DNA of 64,000 nt, taken from positions 1 to 64,000 of the forward strand of contig JADIIX010000106.1 in assembly GCA_027604505.1 (NCBI GenBank). The letters run 5' to 3'. Source of the stretch: Gonapodya sp. JEL0774 (taxonomy: Eukaryota). Within the stretch, counting starts at the first letter, position 1. Every line of letters starts with the position of its first letter. Under the pieces are notes generated by a model. It was not told the origin of the DNA and made no database searches. It worked only from the letters and a program-made list of their open reading frames with translations. The translations under genes were made by a program, and so were the position numbers. Below are positions 1 to 12,067 of this stretch, one piece after another.

Positions 1-77
1 GACATTTTGAAAATGAAATGAACGAAATGGAACACGAAATAAAGTCAAAAGATGGGTGGCCGTTCGGTCATGGGTTA
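1..77 (-). mobile_element. Terminus of a TIR (MITE-like) element, same family as 21095-21840, opposite orientation, truncated by the window edge
   Basis: gaaatggaacacgaaataaagtcaaaagatgggtggccgttcggtcatgggtta aligns by eye with the reverse complement of ~21095-21150 (gaaatggaatgcgcaataatgttgaaaagctgttggccgtttgaccatgggtta). Confidence 0.7.
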
Positions 78-188
78 GTTTGGTCCATTCTGTTTTGTCG
101 AGTTTTTGTTTTATCTTGTCTTCAATTGTGCTTAGCACTTCCAACTTTGCGTACAACATTTGCTCTCTTCCATACGACCTGTTTGTTT

Positions 189-3100
189 CTATTTCTTCCA
201 TGCCCCTGTCTCATCCCTCACTTTCAAAGACTCATCAGGCTGCACCCTTGACAAGAGGAGCTCATCCACAAACATTTTTGCAATCTCAAACAGAAAACTC
301 ACTGTTATTTTGGCGATGCTAACGAAAGTGCATGAGATCTTACCTCCATCGATCCCCAATACGAATTGTGCGCAGTTGCAGCGCTCCAGTATTCCGCCGC
401 GCTGCTCAGCATCCCGGACTCAGCTTCAAGCGCGAAGTCGAGTCTCTTTCGTTTGGGATTCACAAGAGCGAGTTTGCGAGAGATTTTAGTAGCAGTTTTA
501 TTACCTGATCTCTCCTCGTCTGTATTGATCAGCAAACCCTCTGGACGTGAAGTGTCGGACACTCCGTTAGAAGTGGGCGGAACCACCAGCGGAGCAGTCG
601 CACTTTTGAGTGTCAAACTCGCAAGCTGTAAGCTGTTTGCTACACTTTCTGTCCTTTCTGGAGCAGAGTCATCATCGGTTTTGTGAGGTGCAAGCAGAAG
701 GGCACCTCTTTCATGCTCGTGCACCACAACGGGTGCTTCGGACGAATGTCCACCGTCCGTTGATCCCATGACTCGCCCAACTGCTCCGATCAGACCCGCC
801 AATGACTCGCCTACGGCATTCCACAAAGGTCTGGTGGCAGGTCCTGTTTTGAGTTCACCTAACGGACTTTAAAATGGCAGGTGCGGGGGAGACGGTACGT
901 TCAGAGCGGTGAAAAAGAGGCTCGATTCTGTGAGCGATCGGGTCGTGTGGGTTGAACACGCTGGGTAGACCGGGGAGAGTAGCAATTTTGTTGGACTTTT
1001 TTTGTGCGGTACCCCTCTACACTCACTTGTAGAAGGCGTGACATGCTGGAAACTCTGATCGTCTGAGTTCGCTGGGTGGCGATGCAATACGAGAAAGAGC
1101 GGCAGAGGGGATCCCATTGCTGTCCGGTGAATTAGTGTCAAAATCGCGGACAAAACACTACGATTTACAAAGACCCACCAAAAAAGTTATCGATCTCAAA
1201 ATGAAGTACAGGATTAGTACTGTCCTTGTCTGAAGTTCTTGCTCCCAATGCGGCATCAAGGGTCGCCTCACTTGCATCCAACTCTATGTGTGTTTTTGAA
1301 CGGCCACTCCTGTCTTTATGGATCAACTGCGTGAGCTCATTTTGACTAATGAGTACGTCCCAGAGCAAACAGCTTCCGAGCGAATGCCCGACAACACTGA
1401 CAGATCCCGTCCAGTGTGGATGTCTCTTCTTCCACTCCTGTACAATTCGATTCAACTCGCCAGCCAATCCCTCCAAAATAACGCGGCGGAACAGTGGCGT
1501 CATATAAACGAGAACGTCTACCGCCAGAGCTGTTCCAACAGCTTTGATATTGGGAATTGTTGGAAGGGAAATATCCTGGATAGTATTCGAGGAGATCGTC
1601 GGACGGCTTTTGGGGGAAGAATTCGTGGAGCTGTCATCAGAGTCAGAGCTTGAGCTGAAGTCACAGGGATTATTCTCGCTGGCTTCATTTCCAAGTCTCT
1701 CATCGATGAAATTCCTCTCTTCGATATGCTGCCTCCACTGAACTGGTAAGACAATCACTTTGCGATTGGGGGTATCAGCACCGCCACCCTCATGTGCTTG
1801 ACTGCGAGTCCGAATGCAATCTCTAATGTTCTTCCGAAGGCGATCCACGTGGCCCAGAAATGTGGAACCTTCGAAGCGTTCTGCGAGCTTCGCACCAATA
1901 CCATGCACCACGAGAAGGAGAGCGCTATGGTCCACTACTGTGCTAGATTTGTTGTCGGTGTTGGGAATCTCATCGACATCAGGAGTCTCATTAGATTCCA
2001 AAGAGCCTGTTGTGTCCTTGCTCTCATCCCCAGCACTTTTTGTTTCTTCGCCCACCGATCGCTCTTTCTCTCCTCCCGATCTCGTAGGAGAATCTGTGGG
2101 CCCTGCCCTTCTTCCACAACATTGTTATATCCCCGTACGAGACGAGTTCCGCCTAGATTTGCGCCATGAGTGAGGCGAACGTACAGAGAGGAAAAGAAAT
2201 TGGACGCAAACTAACACAAAGAACATTGTAAATATAGGAATCGGTACAAGTATCTGTGATCGCCGGAGCAACGAACGCCTCACTCCTTCTGTGGGAAACC
2301 ACCACGCCTCTGCGTCCCCTGGATAGACTACGTATTGTCCTGCATACTTACTTTTCAAATCTACTCGTTTCGACCATATTCGGGTAACCATATCGTTAAG
2401 AAAGTGCACATGGGAATCCTCAAATGGTGTTTCGTCAGCACTGTAGAGTTTGGCCGGGTAGTGATTCCGGCCAGAGATTCGGCAGCCAGAAGAGAGTCTG
2501 ATATTTTCGGTAAATATGGGTATGCAGCGGGAGTGCGAGGGGAAGTATCAGATAGAAAGACGGAGGAAAGGGAGGGCGTCGGAGGGACGATCGTCAGTTT
2601 CTGACGAATCGAATCTTCCGAGCGTGTAATTAAGAGAAAAATGCCGCTCTCAATCTTAAATCTTTCCACCAACTCTTGATCGCCGAGATCGTCTAGTTCC
2701 TGTTCAGTTGCTGTCACCCAACCACGAGTTTTCTCATAGCCCTCCTCTACCTGCCTCGTGAAAATAGGGTCGCATGTAGAAAATCCTTCAGAAGATGCGA
2801 AGAACCACGTTCCTCTTCGCACTTCAAACACAGGACCTTTCCTGGTGGCAATCGCATACGTCATCCAAAAATGTGTCCGAACAGCCATCGACATCACACT
2901 CACCAGTATATCGGCACTACCTCCATCTTGGAAATATCTACTTCAAAGAGTCTGCCTTCCCCGACCTCCACTCTCAAAGAGCCTTCGTCATCGATCGGAT
3001 GCTGTAGAAACATTCGAAGCCGTCCTTCACGTGTCATTAATGAGCTCCAAGAACCCAAATCACCTCTTCCATCATCAACCACGTCTTCTCCAATCTTTCT

Positions 3101-3246
3101 GAGTCCGTTGTGCTGAACGCTTTCCACCTCTGAGGTTTCAAGTCCTCTTCGGGCCTCTTGAATGCAAAATGAGACTCATCTCGCTTGGCAATGTCGACCG
3201 CGTAGAAGAAACGAGTGAGGACGAGTGGTTGGGTTTCATCAGCCAT
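189..3246 (-). CDS. DDHD-domain phospholipase A1 (PA-PLA1/Ddl1-like), multi-exon
   Basis: Motifs LLLVVHGIG, VLPVQWR, DVLVYMTP, lipase GHSLG (VSVVGHSLGSCLLWDVL), GSPL and C-terminal HNSYW. ATG at 3246 (MADETQ...FFYAVD). Last exon IAKMFVDELL...WKK*. Confidence 0.85.
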
Positions 3247-3407
3247 GATCTAGGTTGCCTGCGGAGGTGAACGAAATTGCGTTTCCAAAAATGGGCGGCT
3301 AGTCGACTGCTGCGGCACTAATCTCACCAGTTTATCGGTTCGTTATACATTTTGCAAGCGCGTAAACATACACGTAGGTTTCTATCATTCCGTACATTTA
3401 CATTGCC

Positions 3408-5589
3408 TTACATGATGCTCTTATTAACCCCCATCATCCGCGAGAAAATAGGTATCAGCATGGCTACGAAAGCACCAGAACCACCCATGTGGAGAGCCTG
3501 TTTAGGGGCAAGCGGAGACGAAGGTGTAGTGAAGGGTCGTGTGGTTATGTGTGGAGGTTGGTCAGGATGACATCGCAATAGTCCCTTTCTTGACGACGAC
3601 GAGCCCACCTTAAAACCAAACCCTGCATACAAGCCACCCAGCCCTTTTTGAGCGTAGATCCCCTGACCAAGCTCGACCATCTTTCCCAAGCTGAGCGCGA
3701 GCCGGAGGGACGAATCTTTCGATCCGGTCAGTGCCTCTTTTTGGATGTTGGTGCGGATCACATCGGCGGGCGTGTTGATGGCGGCACCAGCGACACCGGC
3801 TGTGGAGTGATGGTGGTGGTGGAAGAAGGCGAGGAGATCATGTATGGATGCGATAAGAAAGTGTGCAGTGAGCGAAACGTCCATCATCATCACGATCTCC
3901 TCATCCGATGAGCGAGATCAAGTCATCGTTCTTTGAAATCTCATTTCACTTTTCTCCTCCGTTGCAAACACCGACAGACCCCAGTTACAAATTCCACTCA
4001 CCCAAGAACCCAGCAGAGAAATCCACAAGCGCCGTCTTGGCCGGTGTCTTGCCTTCCACCACCAGAGAGGCAACGTTATCGGAAAGGGTTTTGAATCCGT
4101 CCAGGGTCGCGAAGTAGGTGCCTGTCCAGAGGGTCTGGGGATGGCGGTGGAGAATCGTGAGGAGTCTGAAGAGCCCCTGGGCATGGTTTTTCTGCTTCTC
4201 ATGTCGTGATTCGTATCGCACTTTCCCTAGCTCTACTGTGGTCCATGTGAAACCCGACCATGTTTTGACGGTTTCGGTCCTCCTTTGGTGACTTTAGTTG
4301 TGCAAGGTTTCGTCAGATCCAGAGTGAGTTCAGCGTTCCTCTCCTAAAAGTATTCTCTTTTCATTTCATTCGGATTGGGATTGCGTTTCACGGGTGGTAA
4401 CTTGGAGTTGTCCATTGTCGTTCTTCCGTGGCGCTTCCGTGCTCCGACTCCTTCATCGCCCACCAGTCTCAATCCATCCCTTCCAGCCCCGAGTTCGCAG
4501 CAACCCACCTGCCTCAGCTGCACGGCTTGCCACCCGCTCATGGTCCCTGCCAACCCTCGTGTCTTGTACACGTCCGACACCAGTTTGTTGATGGAGTTGC
4601 CGTACTTGCCGGTAGAGTCGAGTTGGAGGCCTGTTCAAATTCGCATAAATTTCATCAAAAGATGTATTGAGAATTGGTGGGGAAGACAACACTCTTAGAG
4701 GTGCAACGAGGAGAGGAGCGCGAACAATACCAACCAATCTTCGCCAATTCTAGTGTTGTAATGGACAAAACCTCGGGGACAACCGCCACGCCACCCGCAA
4801 TCCCCTTTTGTATCGGGGTTCCCTTGGACGTCGGCACTCCCCACATGGCTTCGTGGGTCAAGGGGAAGAAGAAGAACTTCATGATTCTCATGCCGGTGGC
4901 TCGGAGGACTTCAGGGACCACACCCTGGGAGAGGAGACCACGAATGCCGTGGGCGGCTATGAATTCGGAGACGGTGTCTACGGGGTGTTGCGGTGGCGTG
5001 GATAGTGAGTATTCGTCAAAGGGTTGCTGGCGTTCGGTAGATTGCCCCGTCAAGAACACGGCTCGAAACGGCAAGTCACTGGCGACAGCAGGTCTCTGGC
5101 CCGATCATCTCAATCCTTGAGATTGCTGTTCGAAGTTCGGGATGAGATTGCCCAGTCCGTTCGTAAGCTTCCTCCCGTTATTGTGCTGTGGACATCGTCT
5201 ACCTGACGATGGCTTGATTCAGCTTCGCCACCTCCAAGCCAGCCTTGCAACTTTTCAGATGCAGGTGCGACAGGCCACACGGTAGTAAGGTCAACTCCCT
5301 CTTCAGCACTCACATCCTTTACCGGTTGCTGATGCCATTTTCAAAGCGCGAACAACGTCCACGGGGTACATCGCGACGGCGGTGACTAACAGAGAGTAAA
5401 ATACAGAGGATTTGAAATCAAAAATTTCATTCCGAAAGAGAGCAGAGTCGGCAGGGACATTGCCCTCCCAAGCACACAAACTCAGAAAGTCTCACCAGCA
5501 CATGCTGCCGAAATCGGCGCCAAGGTTTCAAATGCGGAAGATTGCTTTTTGGCGGCGGCGATTGCGGGAGCAGCAGCGGGGGAAGCCAT
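3408..5589 (-). CDS. Mitochondrial carrier (SLC25) family protein, multi-exon
   Basis: Spliced N-terminus MASPAAAP...AACA|VTAVAMYPVDVVRALKM. Carrier signature repeats PVDVVR, LELAKI and NTPADVIRTNIQ, plus GLGGLYAGFGFK. Confidence 0.85.
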
Positions 5590-6135
5590 CGTTTACGAAT
5601 GGGTGTAACTATGAAGTGACTGGGAGAACAGGAGGGGAAGAAGAGCAGCACCGAGAGGCACAGCAGCTGCGCCGTGTTGTCAATTCCATCGATCGAAAGC
5701 GTCCCAGCGTGGCACGTGTTCGCCGGTTGTGGATTGGAATCGATGTCCCGTTCGGAAACGTTGGACGGTGACTCACGAGTATCGAGACACGAAATGCCCG
5801 CAAAAACTCACTCGGAACTCGAATTTATCGCCTTTTCTTTCGCTCCTATTCCGATTCGATGTTCGCCGATGGCGCCCAAAAGTTTGGTTGAGTTTTGATG
5901 GTGTAGCAGTTCGGAGAAGTTTGTGAAAACCACCGATGGGATCAAGGATTCTCATCCAGGTGCACCGGAACACGTGATACATGGGCGTAGAGACTGAGAT
6001 ATGAAAGAATACACTGACACAAAGAATCATAATTTCGAATTTTTCATTCTCCTCCTTTTTCTTGTGGCCAAATGCTACGAAACTTCTGACGGAGCTTTTT
6101 CAATTTGAGTTACTCACCATTGTCAACGCGTGGAT

Positions 6136-8131
6136 TCAAACTTTGCCCTTCCACCACACGACGAATGCGTTTGTCACGTAGAATCCATTGCCCCAACCCT
6201 CATCCGCACTCTCCCCACTGGGGTCATATTTCACGTCCAAACTCAACCACCTGTTCTTCCTCGGTCCTCCACCGACAATCTTACATCCCCACTTCTCCAA
6301 CACTTGCGTGTCCCTCAATATCTCATCCCTATTGTATGCTGTGAATACAGCCGGAATGTTCCAATCCCTAATCGCCTCCACAGCAGACTTCCACGATCGT
6401 GTGTGCTCCGGCGCGGCTAAACCAGAGTTGTACGCGACAACGAGGTCAGCTCGTCTCCACGATTTATCCCTGGTGGTCATGGAGCGGTACTCCGCGTAGT
6501 CAGTAGCGTGGAGCGAGAAACTTCGCTCAACGTTTCGCTTATCGCAGGCAGGGCACGTGACTTCAGGTTGTGGTTTGGTGTGTGGTGACGGAAGCTCTAC
6601 AGCGGCGAGACCCGGGCCAATCAGTCGAACGAGAAGGCAGCGCAGGCGTGGGAGCAGGTGCAATAGCTCTTCAAATGCCAACCGCATGGTCAGCTCATTC
6701 TGATATGTTCAAGAGGTTGTTAAACGCAAGCAAAATCGAAGTGGTGAAACCGATGGGGTGACAAGGACCCGACGCGATTAAACACACTGACCGAATCCGC
6801 TCCGACAATCTCCAAGGTAAGTTCCTCCATCTCACCCAGCTTTTCGCGACCGATCGTCTCCTCCAGAGCGTCGAATGCCGTCAGTACCATGGAAAGTGGC
6901 ACGGATATCCACGCCAGAAAGTCAGGCTCGAAGGGAGGGAACTTAATGGATTGGCCAGGTGTTTCGCATGGCTCAGGACAGCCAAAGAGGAGAGTATGCA
7001 AACATCCAAAGGCTTACCTTTCGGAAGGTAAAGTAGTTTTCCCAAGAAGCCCCAAAAAAGTGCATGATATCTCCTCCTCTGGTTGTCACCTTGTGGTCCG
7101 GGTCTGCCCGCGGGTCGTCCAAGAGCGGACTCGGCTCGGCTGGCAATCCGACGTATTGAGGGACCACGGAGGGTTGAATGTACACAGGAGGCCCTTCGTG
7201 TGGCTGTGCCTCGGGTCGTGAAAAGTGGCGGTCGCGAAGGCGATCAACAGAGGCGATCCGAGCAAAGGAGGAGCAAGTCAGTCGATCGGTAGTTTGGTGT
7301 AGGGTACGGTGTTGTTCGGCATGGAGATGGCAGGCTTGTGAGATGAGACAAGAAGGACACGGATGAAGAGTGTTTGGGGAAAATGATGTGAGTGACTCTT
7401 TGGAAACCTCCGGTTCGGCGCTCGAAGATGATCCGTTGGCAATCCCGCTAGAGCGGCCCGGAACAGCGAGACCTTCCGTTCGGGAGCATATTGCGCAAAC
7501 TGGTTGACCCGCAATCGTTTGAAACTCAGTACTGTCGAAGGGCATTGGCTTCTTCAAGATTGAAGACAGGGTTTGAATTTTGAGATTCAACAAAGCGAGT
7601 CGTAGCGGGTTCGGAAGAGGTGTATCCCGATTTAACTTTACAGACAGAGGTAGATATTGGCTGATTTCGGGAGTCTCCAAGGCTTGCCGGAAACGTGTCC
7701 AGGGAGGGGTGGTCCCACCGGATGGAGATGTACCGTGAAGCAGGAAGGCATCCAAAGAGGGACCAAAACTCGCATAGGCGGCACAAAACTGCTTATGTTT
7801 GGGCCAGTTCTCTTTCTGGCAAGCGACCGAGCAGTATCTGTCAGAGAATGCAAAGATTAGAAACCGAGGAGAATGCTCAACCTACTCCAACGAGACACGC
7901 GGTCCACTTTCTGTTTCGGTCACGACCCACAGACTCAATCTACGTTCGTCTATTCCTCTACCGGCCCCCCGATCCAGCAAATCACCTCGCAGATCGGCAT
8001 CGCGAGCACCAAGAGAGCGCCTGGCCATCAGGGCCTTCTTCACCATTGCAATTGAAGCAAGCGACGAGCGACCAAGCTTGCTTAGTCCTGTACGTTTTTG
8101 GACCACGAACGAAATCCGGATGACGAGACAT
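6136..8131 (-). CDS. MYND zinc-finger protein with MSS51/ZMYND15-like C-terminal domain
   Basis: Spliced CFNC...WCSRCRSAR|YCSVACQKENWPKHKQFC (MYND finger). C-terminal LEIVGA, FEELLHLLP, VRLIGP and DLVVAYNSGL motifs. Confidence 0.8.
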
Positions 8132-8455
8132 CGAGTTGTTTCTGTGGTGGAGATGGCCACCTGTCGGGACGTCTTTTTCAACCGTTTACTGTAAAATGCG
8201 ATTCCCATACCCAAGTCGATATTGAAGCATTGTGGAAGAGGACAAAATGCAATAACTGATCAGTCTATTCATATTGCATCTTTACACTACCACTCTCCCA
8301 CACACAAGTATGTTTGCATAATATGTCGATTTGTTCAATATACTGGACGGCTGTGGTGTCCGTCAAGAGCAGGGTGCATGCTCGTCTATATCGGCAGAGA
8401 CAAAAGTATTCCAAGAAGCAACCCAAATATAACCACAATGCGTCCTTCTTTCCAA

Positions 8456-9953
8456 TCACTGTCCGGTCACGCGATCGTACACAACTACGGCGAGGGCAAC
8501 CACTGCCACGGCCGAGGTGATGACCAGTCCCGTCGTCAATGCTCTTTCCCGATCGGCAGAAGTACCCACAGTGGTATCTTTGACCTTCCCGGGGACAAGT
8601 GTGGCGACGAGGGCCGGCTCAGGAGCGAGCGAGCGAGTGCTCGTCACGGCTGCAGCTGTGACTTTCTCGTTGAGAGAAGCGATTTTTGAGTGGAGTGAGG
8701 AGTTTTCGGATCGAAGGAGCGCTGTTTGAGCCCGCTCGGCGTCGAGAGACTCGCTGAGTGCAGAGGACTTGGCGACCAACGAGTCTACAGAAGTTTGGAG
8801 GATGGCGATCTGAGTAGTCGAAACAGCTTCCTGGTCCCTCAGAGCCTGCTGGAGGCCAGCGGCCTTGATGAGGAGGTTCGCGTTGCTGTGTTGGAGGATT
8901 GCCAGCTGGGTTGTTGGAATAGATTGGCTGGCGGTGAGCGCCTGCTGGAGTCCCTCACACTTGGTCAGCAAGTTTGCGACGGTAGTTTCGAGGATAGCAT
9001 TGTGCGTGGCAGCTGCTGCACGTTCGGTTGCGAGGACGTTTTGGAGAGCGGAAGATTTTGCAGAGAGGTTGGACACGGAGGTTTCGAGGATTGCAGCGTG
9101 GGTGGCTGACGCGGCACGTTCAGACGCGAGTACGTCTTGGGTAGCGTATAGCCTCGAGCGAAGAGAAGTGACTTCAGTTTGGAGGATGCTGAGTTGGGTT
9201 GCCGAAATGGACGTCTGATTGTCCAGAATAGTTTGAAGGGCGTTCGTTTTTGAGAGGAGGTTGTCGACGCTCGTTTGTAAAATGCTGTTGTGAGTTGCTG
9301 AGGCGGACCGCTCGGCGTGGAGGACATCTTGCAGCGCGGAGGATTTGTTGAGGAGGTTCGTTGCGGTGGCATGTAGTATCGAGTGTTGGGTCGCCGCGGC
9401 GGTGAGCCTTTCCTCAAGACCTCCCACTTTCGCAAGCAGGTTGTTATTGGTGGTTTGTACGATGTTGAACTGCGTAGCCGCTGCCGTACGCTCAGTGGTG
9501 AGGATGTTTTGGAGAATTTCAACCTTGTTGACCAGTCCGTCAACCTCTGTCTGCAAAATTGCATTCTGCGTTCCAGCAACACTCCTCTCAGCATCCAGAA
9601 TATCTTGCAAGTCCCAAAGCCTTCCCCTCAGCGTGTCAACCTCGGTCTGCAAAATGCTGTTCTGTGTCCCGGTCACAGCGCGCTCGTCCTCCAGTACCCG
9701 CTGGAGGCCTTCCGTCTTCTCCAATAGGTTCGCAACGCCCGTTTCAAGGATGTTTCGCTGCGTTCGAACGACCTCAACTTCCCCGGAAGACTCTCGCCCG
9801 AGCGTACGATCCTGTGCAAAGGGATCATTCGACATGGCGTCAAACCGCGTTCCGGAAGAGAACAAACCGAGTACACTCGGGAGCAAAACTCACGTGCCCT
9901 TTGTGAGCAACCTCGCCTATGTAGCCGCTATCGATGAGTTCGTTGCCGGGCAT
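8456..9953 (-). CDS. Uncharacterised coiled-coil repeat protein with C-terminal transmembrane anchor
   Basis: 20-codon exon 1 (MPGNELIDSG..., GTGAGT donor at 9893) joins a long open exon with ~11-12 imperfect 32-aa repeats and a hydrophobic tail (GLVITSAVAVVALAVVVY-DRVTGQ*). Confidence 0.75.
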
Positions 9954-10541
9954 GATGGCTGAAAAATTGCACCCGAGACGCGCGTGAGCTTCACCATTTG
10001 TTTCCATTCGCCCGACCGGGAAGTTCTCACAAAGGAAAGAGCCACAAAGGAAAGAGCAACCTAATGATGCACGGTCAGTTCAGAAATTTTCCTGCCAGAA
10101 CTGGAGTTTGGAAAATGTTATGACGGGATTCCCCGACAGCCAGCCGCCGCGCCACCCGGAACGATTCTCCTCAGGTGGTTTCGTTCTCGCCCTCCAAATA
10201 ATCCAAATGAAACGAATACTGCAACGCGTTATGAGCATTTTGTTCTTGCATGCCGGCACAGGAAGTTTGCGTTTCTTGAGCATTTTGTTCGTGCATAATA
10301 ATTTTTGGCGAACAACAGAAATGGGAGACAAGTCCCTGCGGAACGACACTCTCCGCAGGCCCTATGCCCTATGCCATCCAAAATGTTATTAGTAATTACA
10401 TTCCCACGTGATGATCAAAACGCAGTGGAAGTGAGCACCGCAAAAGCTTGCCAAAAACGTACAATATAATTCCACGTACAATATAATTCCATGAATGCAA
10501 CATATGTACTTCGAAGGGTCGACGAAACAAAACTCTTACAG

Positions 10542-11753
10542 CTATTTTCTGGTGGGGCAATCCCGGTCACTTTTGCAAGGGAGATGAGGAGGTTTGCAAC
10601 ACGAATAAAAAGGCTATCTCAATGATGATGTTAATAGTTGGCACTCACTGGTCATCAACTATCCCAACAGCTTGCAACCATGCATACATGATAGTGCTGC
10701 CCACAAACGAAAATCCTCTTTTCTTGAGGTCGGCAGATATTGCGTCGCTGAGCTCAGACGTGGCGGGCGTCTTGTGACCGACTCTGACATACAAATGATC
10801 CGGAGTTGGAAGAAAAGTGCGGATGTAGTTGATAAAGTGCCCATCGTGAGAAGAGAGTATGTCAATGAAGAGTTTAGCGTTGGATATGGCTGCCCGGACC
10901 TGGTTGCAGGAGGTTAGAGGTGTGGTACGTCGAGGGGTGTAGGGGGGGCATCAGGCCCATCGGGTAGAGAAGGGGTTGGAGCATTCGCCATTGCAACCCG
11001 CCAACCACCGTGGACCGGCTCTCACAATCGACTTACCTTGAGTTTGTTTCTGACAATCCCCGGATCATTCAAAAGTCGCTCTACGTCCTTCCCGCTGAAC
11101 TTTGAAACCCTTTCGTAGTCAAAATCGGCAAAGGCCTTGCGGTAACTCTCGCGCTTCTTCAATATGGTAGTCCAAGAGAGGCCCGCTTGCGCTCCCTCCA
11201 GAATTAGCATCTCGAAAAGGCTTTGCCATGCATTGTGCACACACCGGACATCAGCGAACCAACCTCGAGAATCGACTGATGACCCAAACGGCCGCAAGTG
11301 CTCACTAGGTGTTATCAGTGTTTATTGTCCTCGCACCCCACTCTTCGTCGTGGTATTTTTTGTGCAGCTCATCGCGGGACTCCGCTGGAAGGGGTCTCGT
11401 TGGATATATGACTGTCAAACAACATAACCTCTATACTCACCGACCCATTTGCAGTAGCTAGCCGCGGGAGTAGCACTCTCCTTCACATGCCCACTCTCGG
11501 AGTTCTTCTGCTTCGATTGCTTTGTCGGTGCATTTGAACCTCCGTTCGATAGCGCGCGATCAGCTCGCTTCTTCGTTGCCTTGATCGATTCAGACGCTCC
11601 CGTCTCTTTATGAGTTCCCACGGCTTTGTCAAACTCCTCTAGTTGAGTTCGCTTTCGCTTTTTACCCGTGTATTCGGCGGCTACTTCAGGAGTACCAGCA
11701 GCTTTCGATGAAGCTGCAGACGATGATTTGGAGCCACGGGTGATTGGAGACAT
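10542..11753 (-). CDS. tag: DNA-3-methyladenine glycosylase I (Tag/Adenine_glyco family), multi-exon
   Basis: Motifs YCKW, YHDEEWG, LFEMLILEGAQAGLSWTTILKKRESYRKAF, GIVRNKLK and KKRGFSFVGSTIMYAWLQAVGIVDD|HDRDC (Zn ligands). The start may be an upstream ATG (up to 11870). Confidence 0.9.
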
Positions 11754-12067
11754 AAGACGATGAGATGGCAGTAGAGAGGATATTCCACTTCGAAAGAAAG
11801 ATTTGTTAAGCAAGCTCAGCATCTGACGACCTGGGCTTCGCATTTTGTGCTCATGATATGTGGTATGCATCTGCCCGAAATGATCTGATAAACGAGGGAG
11901 AATAAATGATAAGAAAATGAGATTTATGAACGGATGATCAAAAAATTATATTTTGCCGTTTTGCGTTGTGTGGGTGCGCGCTAGTTGCCAACGTATTCAT
12001 CAATCGCCGCTGCATTCATTCCTCCAATCCTATGTCACCACCACAGACCACCACCACCAACACTACA

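Noticed and set aside
8726..9962. Several long overlapping ORFs on both strands
   Set aside because: They are shadows of the 32-aa repeat gene.
10029..10490. Short tandem duplications (cacaaaggaaagagc x2; acgtacaatataattcc x2)
   Set aside because: These are two-copy slippage repeats without spacers, so not CRISPR-like, and there is no evidence of function.
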